Of a DNA stretch of 64,000 bases, positions 52,022 through 62,294 are shown one piece after another; within the stretch, counting starts at the first letter, position 1, and every line of letters begins with the position of its first letter. This DNA comes from Sphingobacterium sp. GTDB lineage: Bacteria > Bacteroidota > Bacteroidia > Sphingobacteriales > Sphingobacteriaceae. Location: positions 4,342-68,341 of the forward strand of contig JBMDWK010000025.1 of NCBI GenBank assembly GCA_048595255.1, in the 5' to 3' direction. The translations under genes and the position numbers were made by a program. The notes under the pieces are model-generated. The model saw only the letters and a list, made by a program, of their open reading frames with translations, was not told the origin of the DNA and searched no databases.

Positions 52022-55000
52022 ATGGATAGCAATAAAAAATATTGGAAAGGTTTAGAGGAATTAAATCAAACTCCTGCTTTCGTTGAGAATAGCAAGAGTG
52101 AGTTTGCTGAGCCTATTCCTGTAGAAGATGTATTAAACGAAGCAGGCTTAAGTACAAGAACTCCACGTCGTGATTTCTTGAAGGCTTTAGGTTTTGGTTT
52201 GGGAGCTGTTACTTTGGCAGCGTGTAACCGTACGCCGGTACACAAAGCTGTTCCTTATGTAATAAAGCCAGAAGAGATTACTCCTGGTATTCCTAACTAT
52301 TATGCTTCATCATTCAATGGACAGAGTATTTTAGTAAAAACACGTGAGGGTCGTCCAATCTTCATCGAGCCTAATCCAAACGGTGTAGGCTTGAATCAAG
52401 GTACAGATGCTGCTACGGTAGCGTCAGTATTGGATCTTTACGACATGTCTAAATTGCAAAATCCGCAATTAGATGGTAAAGATGTAGAATGGTCTAAGTT
52501 AGATAGCACAGTGGTGGCTGCTTTGAATAAAGCTGCTCAAGCTGGTAAACAAATCGCTATCGTTTCGACTACAGTAAATTCTCCATCAACGTTAGCTTCT
52601 ATCGCTACATTCACTGCCAAATACCCTACTGCTACATTAATTCAAGTAGATGCAGTTTCGTATAGCGGAATTATTGAAGCCAACAAAAATTCATTCGGCA
52701 AAGCTGTTGTCCCTTCGTACAACTTCGGTAATGCGCAAGTGGTAGTTTCAGTTGCTGCGGATTTCTTAGGTTCGTGGTTGTCGGGTGAGGAGCATTCTCA
52801 AGATTACATGAAAAATCGTGACTACAAATCATTGAAAAATGGTAAAATGTCACGCCATATCCAATTCGAGTCCGGTTTATCTATGACAGGTTCGAATGCA
52901 GATGTTCGTATCGCTATCAAACCTTCTGAAGAAGGCGCTGTATTGATTTCATTGTACAATGAAATCACAGGTCAAACTGTAGCGGGTGGTACTACAAATG
53001 CAAAAGCACAAACTGCGATCAAATTAGTAGCTAAGGAATTAATAGCGGCTAAAGGTTCGGCAGTAGTGGTAGCAGGAGCGAATGATGTAAACATTCAATC
53101 TTTAGTTAACGCTATCAACACACAATTGGGTGCGTACGGAGCAATTATCGATTTAGATAATTACTCTAAACAATTCCAAGGATCAGATGCTAGCTTCCAA
53201 CAATTCTTGACTGCTGCAAAAGCGGGTCAAGTTGGTGTAGCGTTATTCTTGAATAGCAACCCAATGTACAACTACTTCAATGCAGATGATGTAAAAGCAG
53301 CTATTGAAAAAGTAGAATTTACATTGTCATTCGCAGATCGCGCAGATGAAACAGCTTCATTAGTGAAGGGTATCGCACCAGTTCCTAACTATTTAGAGTC
53401 ATGGGGTGATTCATCAGCGAAAGAAGGATTGTTCACAATCGTACAACCGACTATCAACCCAATCTACAACACACGTCAAGCTGAGCAAAGTTTCTTAGTA
53501 TGGGCGGGTGATACAACAAATGTTTACGATTTCGTAAAACAAAATTGGGAAGCAAATATTCTAGCTGGCTCTGGTAAAGCTTGGAAAGAAGTTTTACAAG
53601 CAGGTTATATATTCAAAGGTACTACCGTTGGTTCTTCTTATTCAGCTAATGTAGATGTGGCTTCAGTGGCTGCAGCTATCGTGGCAGATGCTAAGAAAAT
53701 CGCTGGTGATGTAGAATTGAAATTGTACGAATCGACTACACTACGTGACGGTCGCTATGCAAACAATGCTTTCTTGCAAGAGTTGCCTGATCCAGTATCT
53801 AAAGTTACTTGGGACAACTACGCAGCTATCAACCCTAAATTTGCTGAGCAATTGGGCGTAGGCGAGAATGGTAAAGTTAAAGTTGAGGCAAACGGTAAAT
53901 CTATCGAATTGCCAGTGCTGATGCAACCGGGGCAAGCTATGGGTACAGTCTCTGTAGCTGTTGGTTACGGTCGTACATCAGTAGGTAAAGCAGGTAACAA
54001 TGTTGGTCAAAATGCTTTCCCATTGGCTTCTGTAGTTAATGGAACAGTACAATTTGCTGCTAAAGCTTCAGTATCAAAAATATCAGGAACTTACGAATTA
54101 GCACAAACTCAAACACACCATACTATCGAAGGTCGTAACATCATCCGTGAGACTACTTTCGCTAAATATCAAAAAGATCCTAACTCAGAATCTGGTCGTT
54201 TCGCTGATACACACAAAACTTACGATTTGTGGAACAAATTTGAGCAACCAGGTCACAAATGGGTAATGGCTATCGACTTGAATGCTTGTACAGGTTGTGG
54301 TGCTTGTATCGTGGCTTGTAACGTAGAGAACAACATTCCAGTTGTAGGTCGTGACGAGGTTCGTCGTCGTCGTGAGATGCACTGGTTGCGTATTGACCGT
54401 TACTACACAATTGAAGATAACGGCACGAAGTACACCAAAGAGAATGATATTGCTGATGTACAAGATTTCGAAAATGTAACAGTAGTTCACCAACCAATGT
54501 TGTGTCAACACTGTGAGCATGCACCTTGTGAGACAGTATGTCCTGTATTAGCTACAGTACACTCGTCAGAAGGTCTTAACCATATGGCTTACAACAGATG
54601 TTTCGGTACTCGTTACTGTGCAAACAACTGTCCATACAAAGTACGTCGTTTCAACTGGTTCAACTACTGGAATGATTCACGCGTTGATAACTACTTGAAC
54701 AATGAATGTACACAATTAGTATTGAACCCAGATGTAACAACACGTTCACGTGGTGTTATGGAAAAATGTTCGATGTGTATCCAACGTATTCAAGGTGGTA
54801 AACTGAAAGCAAAAATGGAAAACCGCAAATTGGTTGACGGAGATGTGAAAATGGCATGTCAAGCAGCATGTTCGGCAAACGCTATCATCTTCGGTGATGC
54901 AAATGATCCAGAATCAGAGGTGTCAAGAGCATTGCGCAACGAGCGTGTTTACTATGTGTTAGAAGAGATCAATGTTCAACCGAATATCGGTTACATGACT

Positions 55001-55027
55001 AAAGTTAGAAACACATTTGAAGCATAA
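52022..55027 (+). CDS. actB: Alternative complex III molybdopterin-oxidoreductase-like/Fe-S subunit
   Basis: Tat motif RRDFLK plus lipobox LAAC; C-terminal ferredoxin Cys clusters (CTGCGAC, CQHC..C..VC, C..C..C..NC). Confidence 0.93.
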   Translation: MDSNKKYWKGLEELNQTPAFVENSKSEFAEPIPVEDVLNEAGLSTRTPRRDFLKALGFGLGAVTLAACNRTPVHKAVPYVIKPEEITPGIPNYYASSFNGQSILVKTREGRPIFIEPNPNGVGLNQGTDAATVASVLDLYDMSKLQNPQLDGKDVEWSKLDSTVVAALNKAAQAGKQIAIVSTTVNSPSTLASIATFTAKYPTATLIQVDAVSYSGIIEANKNSFGKAVVPSYNFGNAQVVVSVAADFLGSWLSGEEHSQDYMKNRDYKSLKNGKMSRHIQFESGLSMTGSNADVRIAIKPSEEGAVLISLYNEITGQTVAGGTTNAKAQTAIKLVAKELIAAKGSAVVVAGANDVNIQSLVNAINTQLGAYGAIIDLDNYSKQFQGSDASFQQFLTAAKAGQVGVALFLNSNPMYNYFNADDVKAAIEKVEFTLSFADRADETASLVKGIAPVPNYLESWGDSSAKEGLFTIVQPTINPIYNTRQAEQSFLVWAGDTTNVYDFVKQNWEANILAGSGKAWKEVLQAGYIFKGTTVGSSYSANVDVASVAAAIVADAKKIAGDVELKLYESTTLRDGRYANNAFLQELPDPVSKVTWDNYAAINPKFAEQLGVGENGKVKVEANGKSIELPVLMQPGQAMGTVSVAVGYGRTSVGKAGNNVGQNAFPLASVVNGTVQFAAKASVSKISGTYELAQTQTHHTIEGRNIIRETTFAKYQKDPNSESGRFADTHKTYDLWNKFEQPGHKWVMAIDLNACTGCGACIVACNVENNIPVVGRDEVRRRREMHWLRIDRYYTIEDNGTKYTKENDIADVQDFENVTVVHQPMLCQHCEHAPCETVCPVLATVHSSEGLNHMAYNRCFGTRYCANNCPYKVRRFNWFNYWNDSRVDNYLNNECTQLVLNPDVTTRSRGVMEKCSMCIQRIQGGKLKAKMENRKLVDGDVKMACQAACSANAIIFGDANDPESEVSRALRNERVYYVLEEINVQPNIGYMTKVRNTFEA

Positions 55028-55056
55028 TTTTATTCTTTATTTGAAATAAAACAACT

Positions 55057-56547
55057 ATGTCATCGCATAACGAATCAATATTAAGAGAACCATTAATGAC
55101 TGGTAAAGACATCACGTATGCACAAATTACGGATGATATCTTATTACCAGTTGAAAATAAACCCAACAAAGCTTGGTGGATTGGATTTATCGTAGCCGCA
55201 TGTGGAGCTATGTTATGGGTTATTAGCGTTGGATACACGTTTTGGACGGGTATCGGTGCTTGGGGTCTAAACAAAACAGTGGGTTGGGCATGGGATATCA
55301 CCGACTTCGTATGGTGGGTAGGTATCGGTCACGCCGGAACACTAATTTCAGCAGTATTATTAATTTTCCGCCAAAACTGGCGTAACTCGATCAACCGTTC
55401 TGCGGAAGCGATGACGATTTTCGCCGTAATCTGTGCCGCTACTTACGTTGTGGCTCACATGGGTCGCCCGTGGTTGGCATATTGGATTTTCCCACTTCCA
55501 AATCAATTTGGATCACTGTGGGTAAACTTTAACTCGCCACTTGTTTGGGATGCCTTTGCGATCTCTACATATTTCACGGTATCATTAGTATTCTGGTACT
55601 GTGGTCTATTACCTGATATCGCTTCAGTACGTGACCGCGCTACAGGCTTACGTAAGAAGATGTACTCGATCTTTTCATTCGGATGGAATGGTTCTGTTAA
55701 GACTTGGCAACGTTTTGAGATTGTGTCATTGATTTTGGCAGGTATCTCTACTCCATTAGTACTTTCGGTACACACTATCGTATCCATGGACTTTGCGACA
55801 TCCGTAATTCCAGGATGGCACACGACGATCTTCCCTCCATATTTCGTGGCAGGAGCGATCTTCTCAGGTTTCGCAATGGTACAAACATTATTGTTGATCT
55901 TGCGTAAAGTGATGAACTTCGAGCACTACATTACAATGTTCCACATCGAATCGATGAATAAAATCATCATGGTGACAGGATCGATCGTAGGTGTAGCTTA
56001 TTTGACAGAGTTATTCATTGCATGGTACTCTGGCTCGGAATATGAAATGTATGCATTCGCGAATCGTGTTGCTGGTCCATATGCTTGGGCATACTGGGCG
56101 ATGATGACGTGTAACGTGATTTCACCTCAATTATTCTGGTTCAAAAAAATTCGTACAAGTATTCCTATTTCTTGGGTATTGTCTATTATCGTAAATATCG
56201 GTATGTGGTTTGAGCGATTTGTAATTATCGTTACATCATTACACCGTGACTATTTACCCTCGTCATGGGCAATGTTCTACCCGACATGGGTTGACGTAGG
56301 TATCTTTGTTGGATCAATAGGTTTATTCTTTACTCTTTTCTTGTTATTCTTGCGCTTTTTACCTGGTATAGCTATTGCCGAAGTAAAATTATTATTGAAG
56401 AGCTCGAGTTTACAACATAAGACTAAGCTTATTAAAGAAGGAGCTTTCCCTGCAGAACAAGTTCAACATTTTGCGAACTCTCTAGAGAAATACGATTCAG
56501 TATCAGCAGAGGAAATTAACGAAATTCGTAAAGCAGTAAATAAATAA
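55057..56547 (+). CDS. actC: Alternative complex III NrfD-type quinol-binding membrane subunit
   Basis: 'WVGIGHAGTLISA', 'INRSAEAM', 'HMGRPW', 'SVHTIVSMDFA'. Confidence 0.93.
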   Translation: MSSHNESILREPLMTGKDITYAQITDDILLPVENKPNKAWWIGFIVAACGAMLWVISVGYTFWTGIGAWGLNKTVGWAWDITDFVWWVGIGHAGTLISAVLLIFRQNWRNSINRSAEAMTIFAVICAATYVVAHMGRPWLAYWIFPLPNQFGSLWVNFNSPLVWDAFAISTYFTVSLVFWYCGLLPDIASVRDRATGLRKKMYSIFSFGWNGSVKTWQRFEIVSLILAGISTPLVLSVHTIVSMDFATSVIPGWHTTIFPPYFVAGAIFSGFAMVQTLLLILRKVMNFEHYITMFHIESMNKIIMVTGSIVGVAYLTELFIAWYSGSEYEMYAFANRVAGPYAWAYWAMMTCNVISPQLFWFKKIRTSIPISWVLSIIVNIGMWFERFVIIVTSLHRDYLPSSWAMFYPTWVDVGIFVGSIGLFFTLFLLFLRFLPGIAIAEVKLLLKSSSLQHKTKLIKEGAFPAEQVQHFANSLEKYDSVSAEEINEIRKAVNK

Positions 56548-56552
56548 TAGCA

Positions 56553-57089
56553 ATGAGCAATACAAAATATATAGTAGGAAGTTTTGCGGATCCCGATGAA
56601 ATGATGCATGGGATTGAGAAATTGCAAGCGAACAATATCAGTATATATGACTGTTATACCCCTATGCCAATTCACGGTATAGAGGCTAAGTTAGGCGTGA
56701 AACCATCTAGATTACCTATAGCAGCATTTTGTTTTGGTACTTTAGGATTCGTATTAGGATTTAGCTTATTATACTACACGATGGCTCATGATTGGCCAAT
56801 GAATATCGGTGGTAAGCCTACCTTACCATTACCTAACTTTGTACCGGTAACATTTGAGGTGACGATTTTATTATGTGCATTAGGTATGGTGGCGACGTTT
56901 TTCTACCGCAATCACTTATTTCCAGGACGTGCACCACGTGTGATGGACTTGAGAGCAACAGACGATCGTTTTATCTTAGCAGTTGATGCTCGTGAAAATA
57001 CAGATCATGCTTTAGTTGACAGTTTATTGAGAGAAGCTGGAGCAGTAGAGGTTAAATACAATGAAAGAAAATATGTTAGTTATGAATAA
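56553..57089 (+). CDS. actD: Alternative complex III subunit (DUF3341)
   Basis: 'YTPMPIHG', 'NIGGKP', 'VTFEVTIL'; operon order. Confidence 0.9.
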   Translation: MSNTKYIVGSFADPDEMMHGIEKLQANNISIYDCYTPMPIHGIEAKLGVKPSRLPIAAFCFGTLGFVLGFSLLYYTMAHDWPMNIGGKPTLPLPNFVPVTFEVTILLCALGMVATFFYRNHLFPGRAPRVMDLRATDDRFILAVDARENTDHALVDSLLREAGAVEVKYNERKYVSYE

Positions 57090-57717
57090 GAAGAATTTTC
57101 TTGGCGCTGTATGTATGGCTGTAGCTTTCGCAGCAGTAACTACTGCATGTGGAGATGGTACTACGCGTAGCACGGGTTGGGAATTTTCGCGTAATATGTA
57201 CGATCCGATAGCTTATAATCCAGATCAGCCAAACAATAATTTTAGTAATAAACAAACAGCACAAACTCCTCCAGCAGGTACTTTACCTCAAGGATTTGAA
57301 AGGTTTGCTGCTGAATATTCAAATACACCTGAAGATTACGCAAGAGCGGGAGCAGAATTGTCTAACCCACTTGAGGTAAATGAGGAGAACCTTGCACAAG
57401 GTCAACACTTATATCTGGTAAACTGTGCGGTATGTCACGGTGCTGAAGGTAAAGGTGATGGAGCCATTACTAAAGATCGCTCGGTAACAGACTCAAGAGG
57501 TACTCGTCAGTTGGAAAACTTCCCTAATCCTCCAGCTTATAGTAGATCAGCTGCAGCAAACTCTTCAAGAGGTGGATTAATGGCAGATTTGACTGCTGGT
57601 AAAATTTATCATACTATTTACTACGGTTTGAATACAATGGGATCACATGCATCTCAATTGAATCCAGAAGAACGTTGGAAAGTAGTTATGTATGTTCAAG
57701 AATTACAAAAGAAATAA
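57082..57717 (+). CDS. actE: Alternative complex III monoheme cytochrome c lipoprotein
   Basis: Lipobox TAC; CAVCH; 'MGSHASQL'. ATG 57082 preferred (ORF track 57061). Confidence 0.9.
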   Translation: MNKKNFLGAVCMAVAFAAVTTACGDGTTRSTGWEFSRNMYDPIAYNPDQPNNNFSNKQTAQTPPAGTLPQGFERFAAEYSNTPEDYARAGAELSNPLEVNEENLAQGQHLYLVNCAVCHGAEGKGDGAITKDRSVTDSRGTRQLENFPNPPAYSRSAAANSSRGGLMADLTAGKIYHTIYYGLNTMGSHASQLNPEERWKVVMYVQELQKK

Positions 57718-57736
57718 TCTAACATCAATTAAATAA

Positions 57737-58963
57737 ATGGGAACTCACAATCATCATCACGATTATAATTTCAGCGAGCAATATACATTTGCTGGTACAG
57801 CGAAGATTGTTAGCTTGGTTGCTATTGTATTAGGTGTTGCTGCCATTGCATATGGTTTGTATACAGGTGATACAATGCGAACTTTCGCCAATCTACTATT
57901 GATGGGATATTATTTTGCTTGTGTATGTGCTGCTGGAGCATTCTTTGTTGCGCTTCAGTTAGTAACACAGTCCGCGTGGTCAGCTGGTCTATTACGTATT
58001 CCACAGGCCATGGCTTCTGTATTGCCTATTGCATCGATTATCTTATTAATTATCGCAGCAGGAGGTATCTATACACACACATTATACCACCACTGGACTG
58101 ATCCGGATTTATTCGATCCAAACAGCCCTAAATATGATGCGTTGGTAGCAGGTAAAGCGGCATTCTTAAACATTCCTGGATTCTTTATCCGTCAGATTTT
58201 GTTTATGGGATGTTACAGTATCTTTGCTTTCATCTTAGCGAAATTATCTTACAAAGAAGATTTAGAAGGCGGATTGAATACGTACAAACAAGGTTTCAAA
58301 CTATCTGCTATTTTCTTAGTAATCTTCGGATTTACTACTCCTATCTGGTCTTTTGATACAATCATGTCATTAGAAGCGCACTGGTTCTCTACCATGTTTG
58401 GTTGGTACAACTTTGCTGCGATGTGGGTTAGTGGTATTGCAGTAATCACTGTAATCTTAATCCTTTTGAAAAAGGCTGGTTACATGGCATGGGTAAACGA
58501 GAATCACTTGCATGACTTAGGTAAATTAATGTTTGGTTTCTCAATATTCTGGACTTATGTGTGGTTTGCACAGTTCATGTTAATTTGGTACTCAAATATT
58601 CCTGAAGAAACAGTATACTTCTACAAACGTTGGGAGCCAGAGTACAAACCATGGTTCTGGTTAAGTATCGTAATTAATTTCTTAGCGCCTTTATTGCTAT
58701 TGGTTGATAGAGATGCTAAACGTAAACAAAATATGATGTTGTTCGTTGCAATATTATTATTGTGTGGTCACTGGTTAGACTACTATATTATGATTATGCC
58801 AGGTACAGTAGAAACAGATAGAGGATTTGGGCTTTTAGAAATAGGTACGGCTATAGGATTTGCAGGTTTATTTACATTCTTAGTGATGAATAAGATCAGC
58901 AAGCATGCCTTGGCACCTAAACATCATCCATTCCTTGATGAAAGTTTAAACCACCAGATTTAA
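57737..58963 (+). CDS. actF: Alternative complex III membrane subunit
   Basis: Polytopic; 'MSLEAHWFSTMFG', 'HLHDLGKLMFGFS', 'WYSNIPEET'. Confidence 0.9.
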   Translation: MGTHNHHHDYNFSEQYTFAGTAKIVSLVAIVLGVAAIAYGLYTGDTMRTFANLLLMGYYFACVCAAGAFFVALQLVTQSAWSAGLLRIPQAMASVLPIASIILLIIAAGGIYTHTLYHHWTDPDLFDPNSPKYDALVAGKAAFLNIPGFFIRQILFMGCYSIFAFILAKLSYKEDLEGGLNTYKQGFKLSAIFLVIFGFTTPIWSFDTIMSLEAHWFSTMFGWYNFAAMWVSGIAVITVILILLKKAGYMAWVNENHLHDLGKLMFGFSIFWTYVWFAQFMLIWYSNIPEETVYFYKRWEPEYKPWFWLSIVINFLAPLLLLVDRDAKRKQNMMLFVAILLLCGHWLDYYIMIMPGTVETDRGFGLLEIGTAIGFAGLFTFLVMNKISKHALAPKHHPFLDESLNHQI

Positions 58964-59005
58964 TATTGAATTGAAAGAAGTTACGTTCAAACGTTTATAT
59001 AAGAA

Positions 59006-60331
59006 ATGAATTTAAAAATTAATAACAGGTTTAAATCCATAGCGGGTTTACTACTTTTAATCAGCTTATTTTTTGCAGCACCCGTGCTTGCAGTGCAGGA
59101 TGATTCGACGGTAGTTGACACTACGGCGGTAGCGCAAGCTACTACCGAGGCAAGTACGGTTGATAGTTCCTCGGCAGCACCTACAGATACAACAGCAGCC
59201 GCTGCTGTATCTGCAGATAATGCAAATGCTACCACAACTACAGCGGCAACAGCAAGTGTAGAAGAAGTGAAAAGTATAGATCCTCAAGTCTATAAAAATT
59301 TTTTCTACTACTTATTACTATTCTTGGTGATCTGTACGATCGTTGCTGTCATTGGTAAGATCCATTCAGTCTATGTATTGACTAGAAAAATGAATGGTAA
59401 ATACAATGAATATGGTAATAACAACTTACAAGCTACACTATTACTTGTTTTTTTAATAGCTTTCTTAGCTTTTGTATATTACTCGTATGATGTATGGGGC
59501 AGTTGGTCATGGAGAGATGCAGTGACAGAACACGGTAAAGACATTGACCGCATGTTCATCATTACATTAGTAATTACTACTGTAGTTTTAATCTTGACAC
59601 ACATTGTTCTTTTTGTATTCACATACATCTATAGAGCAAAAGCAAAGAGCAAAGCTTATTACTATCCGCACAATGATGCTATTGAGAGATTATGGACTAT
59701 CGTTCCAGCTATCGTATTGACGGTATTGGTGTTATTTGGTTTCTTCACATGGAGATCAATTACGAATGTACCTGAGGAATTACAGAAATCAGCTATTCAA
59801 GTTGAGGTATTAGGTGAGCAGTTTGCTTGGCACGTAAGATACCCAGGATTAGATGGTAAAATCGGTAAGCGTAATTATAAAATGACTACGCCTACGAACC
59901 CTTATGGTATCGATTTCAATGACCAAGCTTCATGGGATGATTTGCAAACACAAGATATTGTAATCCCTGTGAATAAATCAGTGCGTTTCCATATTATTTC
60001 AAAAGATATTATTCACTCATTTTATATTCCTGACTTCCGTGTTCAAATCAATGCGGTACCAGGTATGACAAACTATTTTCAGTTCACACCTACAGTGACA
60101 ACAGAAGAAATGCGTGATAAGATGAATGATCCTAATTATGATTTTATTATGTTATGTAATAAAATCTGTGGTCAAGGTCACTATAATATGGGTAAAAAAG
60201 TCATTGTTGTTACTGAAGCAGAATACAAAGAGTGGTTGGCTACTCAAAACAAGTATTTCACAGAAGATTTGCAAAAAGAATTCGCTAGTAACAATACAGT
60301 AGAAGGTGTTCAAACAGCTTCAATCAATTAA
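59006..60331 (+). CDS. ctaC: Cytochrome c oxidase subunit II with N-terminal extension
   Basis: CuA motifs 'DIIHSF' and 'CNKICGQGHYNM'; 'IERLWTIVP'. Confidence 0.93.
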   Translation: MNLKINNRFKSIAGLLLLISLFFAAPVLAVQDDSTVVDTTAVAQATTEASTVDSSSAAPTDTTAAAAVSADNANATTTTAATASVEEVKSIDPQVYKNFFYYLLLFLVICTIVAVIGKIHSVYVLTRKMNGKYNEYGNNNLQATLLLVFLIAFLAFVYYSYDVWGSWSWRDAVTEHGKDIDRMFIITLVITTVVLILTHIVLFVFTYIYRAKAKSKAYYYPHNDAIERLWTIVPAIVLTVLVLFGFFTWRSITNVPEELQKSAIQVEVLGEQFAWHVRYPGLDGKIGKRNYKMTTPTNPYGIDFNDQASWDDLQTQDIVIPVNKSVRFHIISKDIIHSFYIPDFRVQINAVPGMTNYFQFTPTVTTEEMRDKMNDPNYDFIMLCNKICGQGHYNMGKKVIVVTEAEYKEWLATQNKYFTEDLQKEFASNNTVEGVQTASIN

Positions 60332-60356
60332 TTATAGAAGATTTTTATAAAATAAT

Positions 60357-62231
60357 ATGTCAAGTACAGTTTTATCACACGACGCAGCTCATCATGATGC
60401 ACATGGTCATCACCATGAGACGTTCCTTACTAAATATGTATTTAGTCAGGATCACAAGATGATTGCGAAGCAATTCTTGATCACTGGTATCATTATGGCA
60501 GTTTTTGCCATGTTATTGTCTCTTTTATTCCGTATCCAATTAGCTTGGCCGGACAAAGAGTTTCCGATCTTAGAAGTATTTTTGGGTAAATGGGCAGAAG
60601 GTGGTCGTATTAAACCTGAATTCTTTCTATCCTTAGTTACTATTCACGGTACAATGATGGTATTCTTCGTTTTGACAGCGGGTCTATCAGGTACATTTAG
60701 TAACTTATTAATTCCATATCAAATTGGAGCGCGCGATATGGCGTCGCCATTAATGAACATGCTATCATACTGGTTCTTCTTTATAGCATGTGTTATTATG
60801 ATTGCTTCATTCTTTATTGAAAGTGGACCTGCTTCTCCAGGATGGACTATCTATCCACCATTATCTGCTGTTCCGACAGCGATAGCTGGATCGGGATTAG
60901 GTATGACTATGTGGTTAGCTTCTATGACTTTATTTATCGTTTCACAGGTATTGGGTGGTGTTAACTACATCTCTACAGTCTTAAATATGCGTACTAAAGG
61001 TATGGATCTTTGGAAAATGCCATTGACAATTTGGGCATTCTTCTTGACAGCTATCGTAGGTTTATTATCATTCCCAGTATTAGTTTCGGCGGTTGTATTA
61101 TTAATTTTTGACCGTTCGGCTGGTACTTCATTTTATTTGTCAGACTTAGTAGTACAAGGTCAGATCTTACCTAATGAAGGTGGTTCTCCTATATTATTCC
61201 AACACTTATTCTGGTTCTTAGGTCACCCTGAGGTATACATCGTTGTAATGCCTGCATTAGGTTTGACTTCAGAAGTAATCTCTACAAATTCTCGTAAACC
61301 AATCTTTGGTTACCATGCGATGGTTTACTCTTTAGTAGGTATTACCGTATTATCATTTATTGTATGGGGTCACCACATGTTCGTGACAGGTATGAATCCT
61401 TTCTTAGGAGGTGTATTTATGATCACGACATTGATTATCGCGGTACCTTCAGCAGTAAAATCGTTCAACTACATGGCTACATTGTGGAGAGGTAACATTC
61501 GTTTCACTCCAGCGATGATGTTTGCTATTGGTATGGTTTCATTCTTCATCTCAGGTGGTTTGACAGGTTTATTCCTAGGTAATGCTGCTTTGGATATCAA
61601 CTTGCACGATACATACTTCGTGGTAGCTCACTTCCACTTGGTAATGGGTTCTGCTTCTATCTTCGGTATGTTGTGTGGTGTATATCACTGGTTCCCTAAG
61701 ATGTTTGGTAGAATGATGAATGAGAAGTTGGGTTATTTCCACTTCTGGTTGACATTTATCGGTGCTTACCTTGTATTCTTCCCAATGCACTTTATGGGTG
61801 TAGATGGTGTACCTCGTCGTTACTATTCATTTACTGAATTTGCTTTCATGGAGAAATGGGTTTCAGTAAACATCTTAGTTACATGGGCTGCTATCATCGC
61901 TGGTGTAGGTCAATTGGCATTCTTGATTAACTTCTTTGGTTCTATCTTTAAAGGTAAAGTAGCTCCTCAAAACCCTTGGAACTCGAATACGTTAGAGTGG
62001 ACTACACCTGTAGAGCATATCCACGGAAACTGGCCAGGAGAAATCCCTACAGTACACCGTTGGCCATATGATTACAGTAAACCAGGTCACAACGAGGATT
62101 TCATCCCTCAACATATTCCTTTCTCGCAAACTATGAGTTCGAATATGCCTCACGATTTCGAAGGAAATGAAGAAGCTATCCGTATTCAGGAGCAATGGAA
62201 TAAAGAAAATAATAGAGTAGTAGAAGGTTAG
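60357..62231 (+). CDS. ctaD: Cytochrome c oxidase subunit I (A1-type)
   Basis: 'DHKMI', 'HGTMM', 'GHPEVY', 'WGHHMF', 'HFH'. Confidence 0.97.
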   Translation: MSSTVLSHDAAHHDAHGHHHETFLTKYVFSQDHKMIAKQFLITGIIMAVFAMLLSLLFRIQLAWPDKEFPILEVFLGKWAEGGRIKPEFFLSLVTIHGTMMVFFVLTAGLSGTFSNLLIPYQIGARDMASPLMNMLSYWFFFIACVIMIASFFIESGPASPGWTIYPPLSAVPTAIAGSGLGMTMWLASMTLFIVSQVLGGVNYISTVLNMRTKGMDLWKMPLTIWAFFLTAIVGLLSFPVLVSAVVLLIFDRSAGTSFYLSDLVVQGQILPNEGGSPILFQHLFWFLGHPEVYIVVMPALGLTSEVISTNSRKPIFGYHAMVYSLVGITVLSFIVWGHHMFVTGMNPFLGGVFMITTLIIAVPSAVKSFNYMATLWRGNIRFTPAMMFAIGMVSFFISGGLTGLFLGNAALDINLHDTYFVVAHFHLVMGSASIFGMLCGVYHWFPKMFGRMMNEKLGYFHFWLTFIGAYLVFFPMHFMGVDGVPRRYYSFTEFAFMEKWVSVNILVTWAAIIAGVGQLAFLINFFGSIFKGKVAPQNPWNSNTLEWTTPVEHIHGNWPGEIPTVHRWPYDYSKPGHNEDFIPQHIPFSQTMSSNMPHDFEGNEEAIRIQEQWNKENNRVVEG

Positions 62232-62251
62232 GTTATTAAACCTACCTTCTA
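62221..62251 (+). terminator. Hairpin overlapping the coxI stop (weak terminator or mRNA stabiliser)
   Basis: TAGAAGGT(T)AGGTT-atta-AACCTACCTTCTA; weak U-tract. Confidence 0.45.
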
Positions 62252-62294
62252 TTCCTTAAAAAATTTATAGTAGACAAATATAAATTAGGGCGTA

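Noticed and set aside
54362-54373. (CGT)4 microsatellite in actB
   Set aside because: It encodes the conserved EVRRRREMHW segment; an in-frame triplet, not a phase-variation tract.
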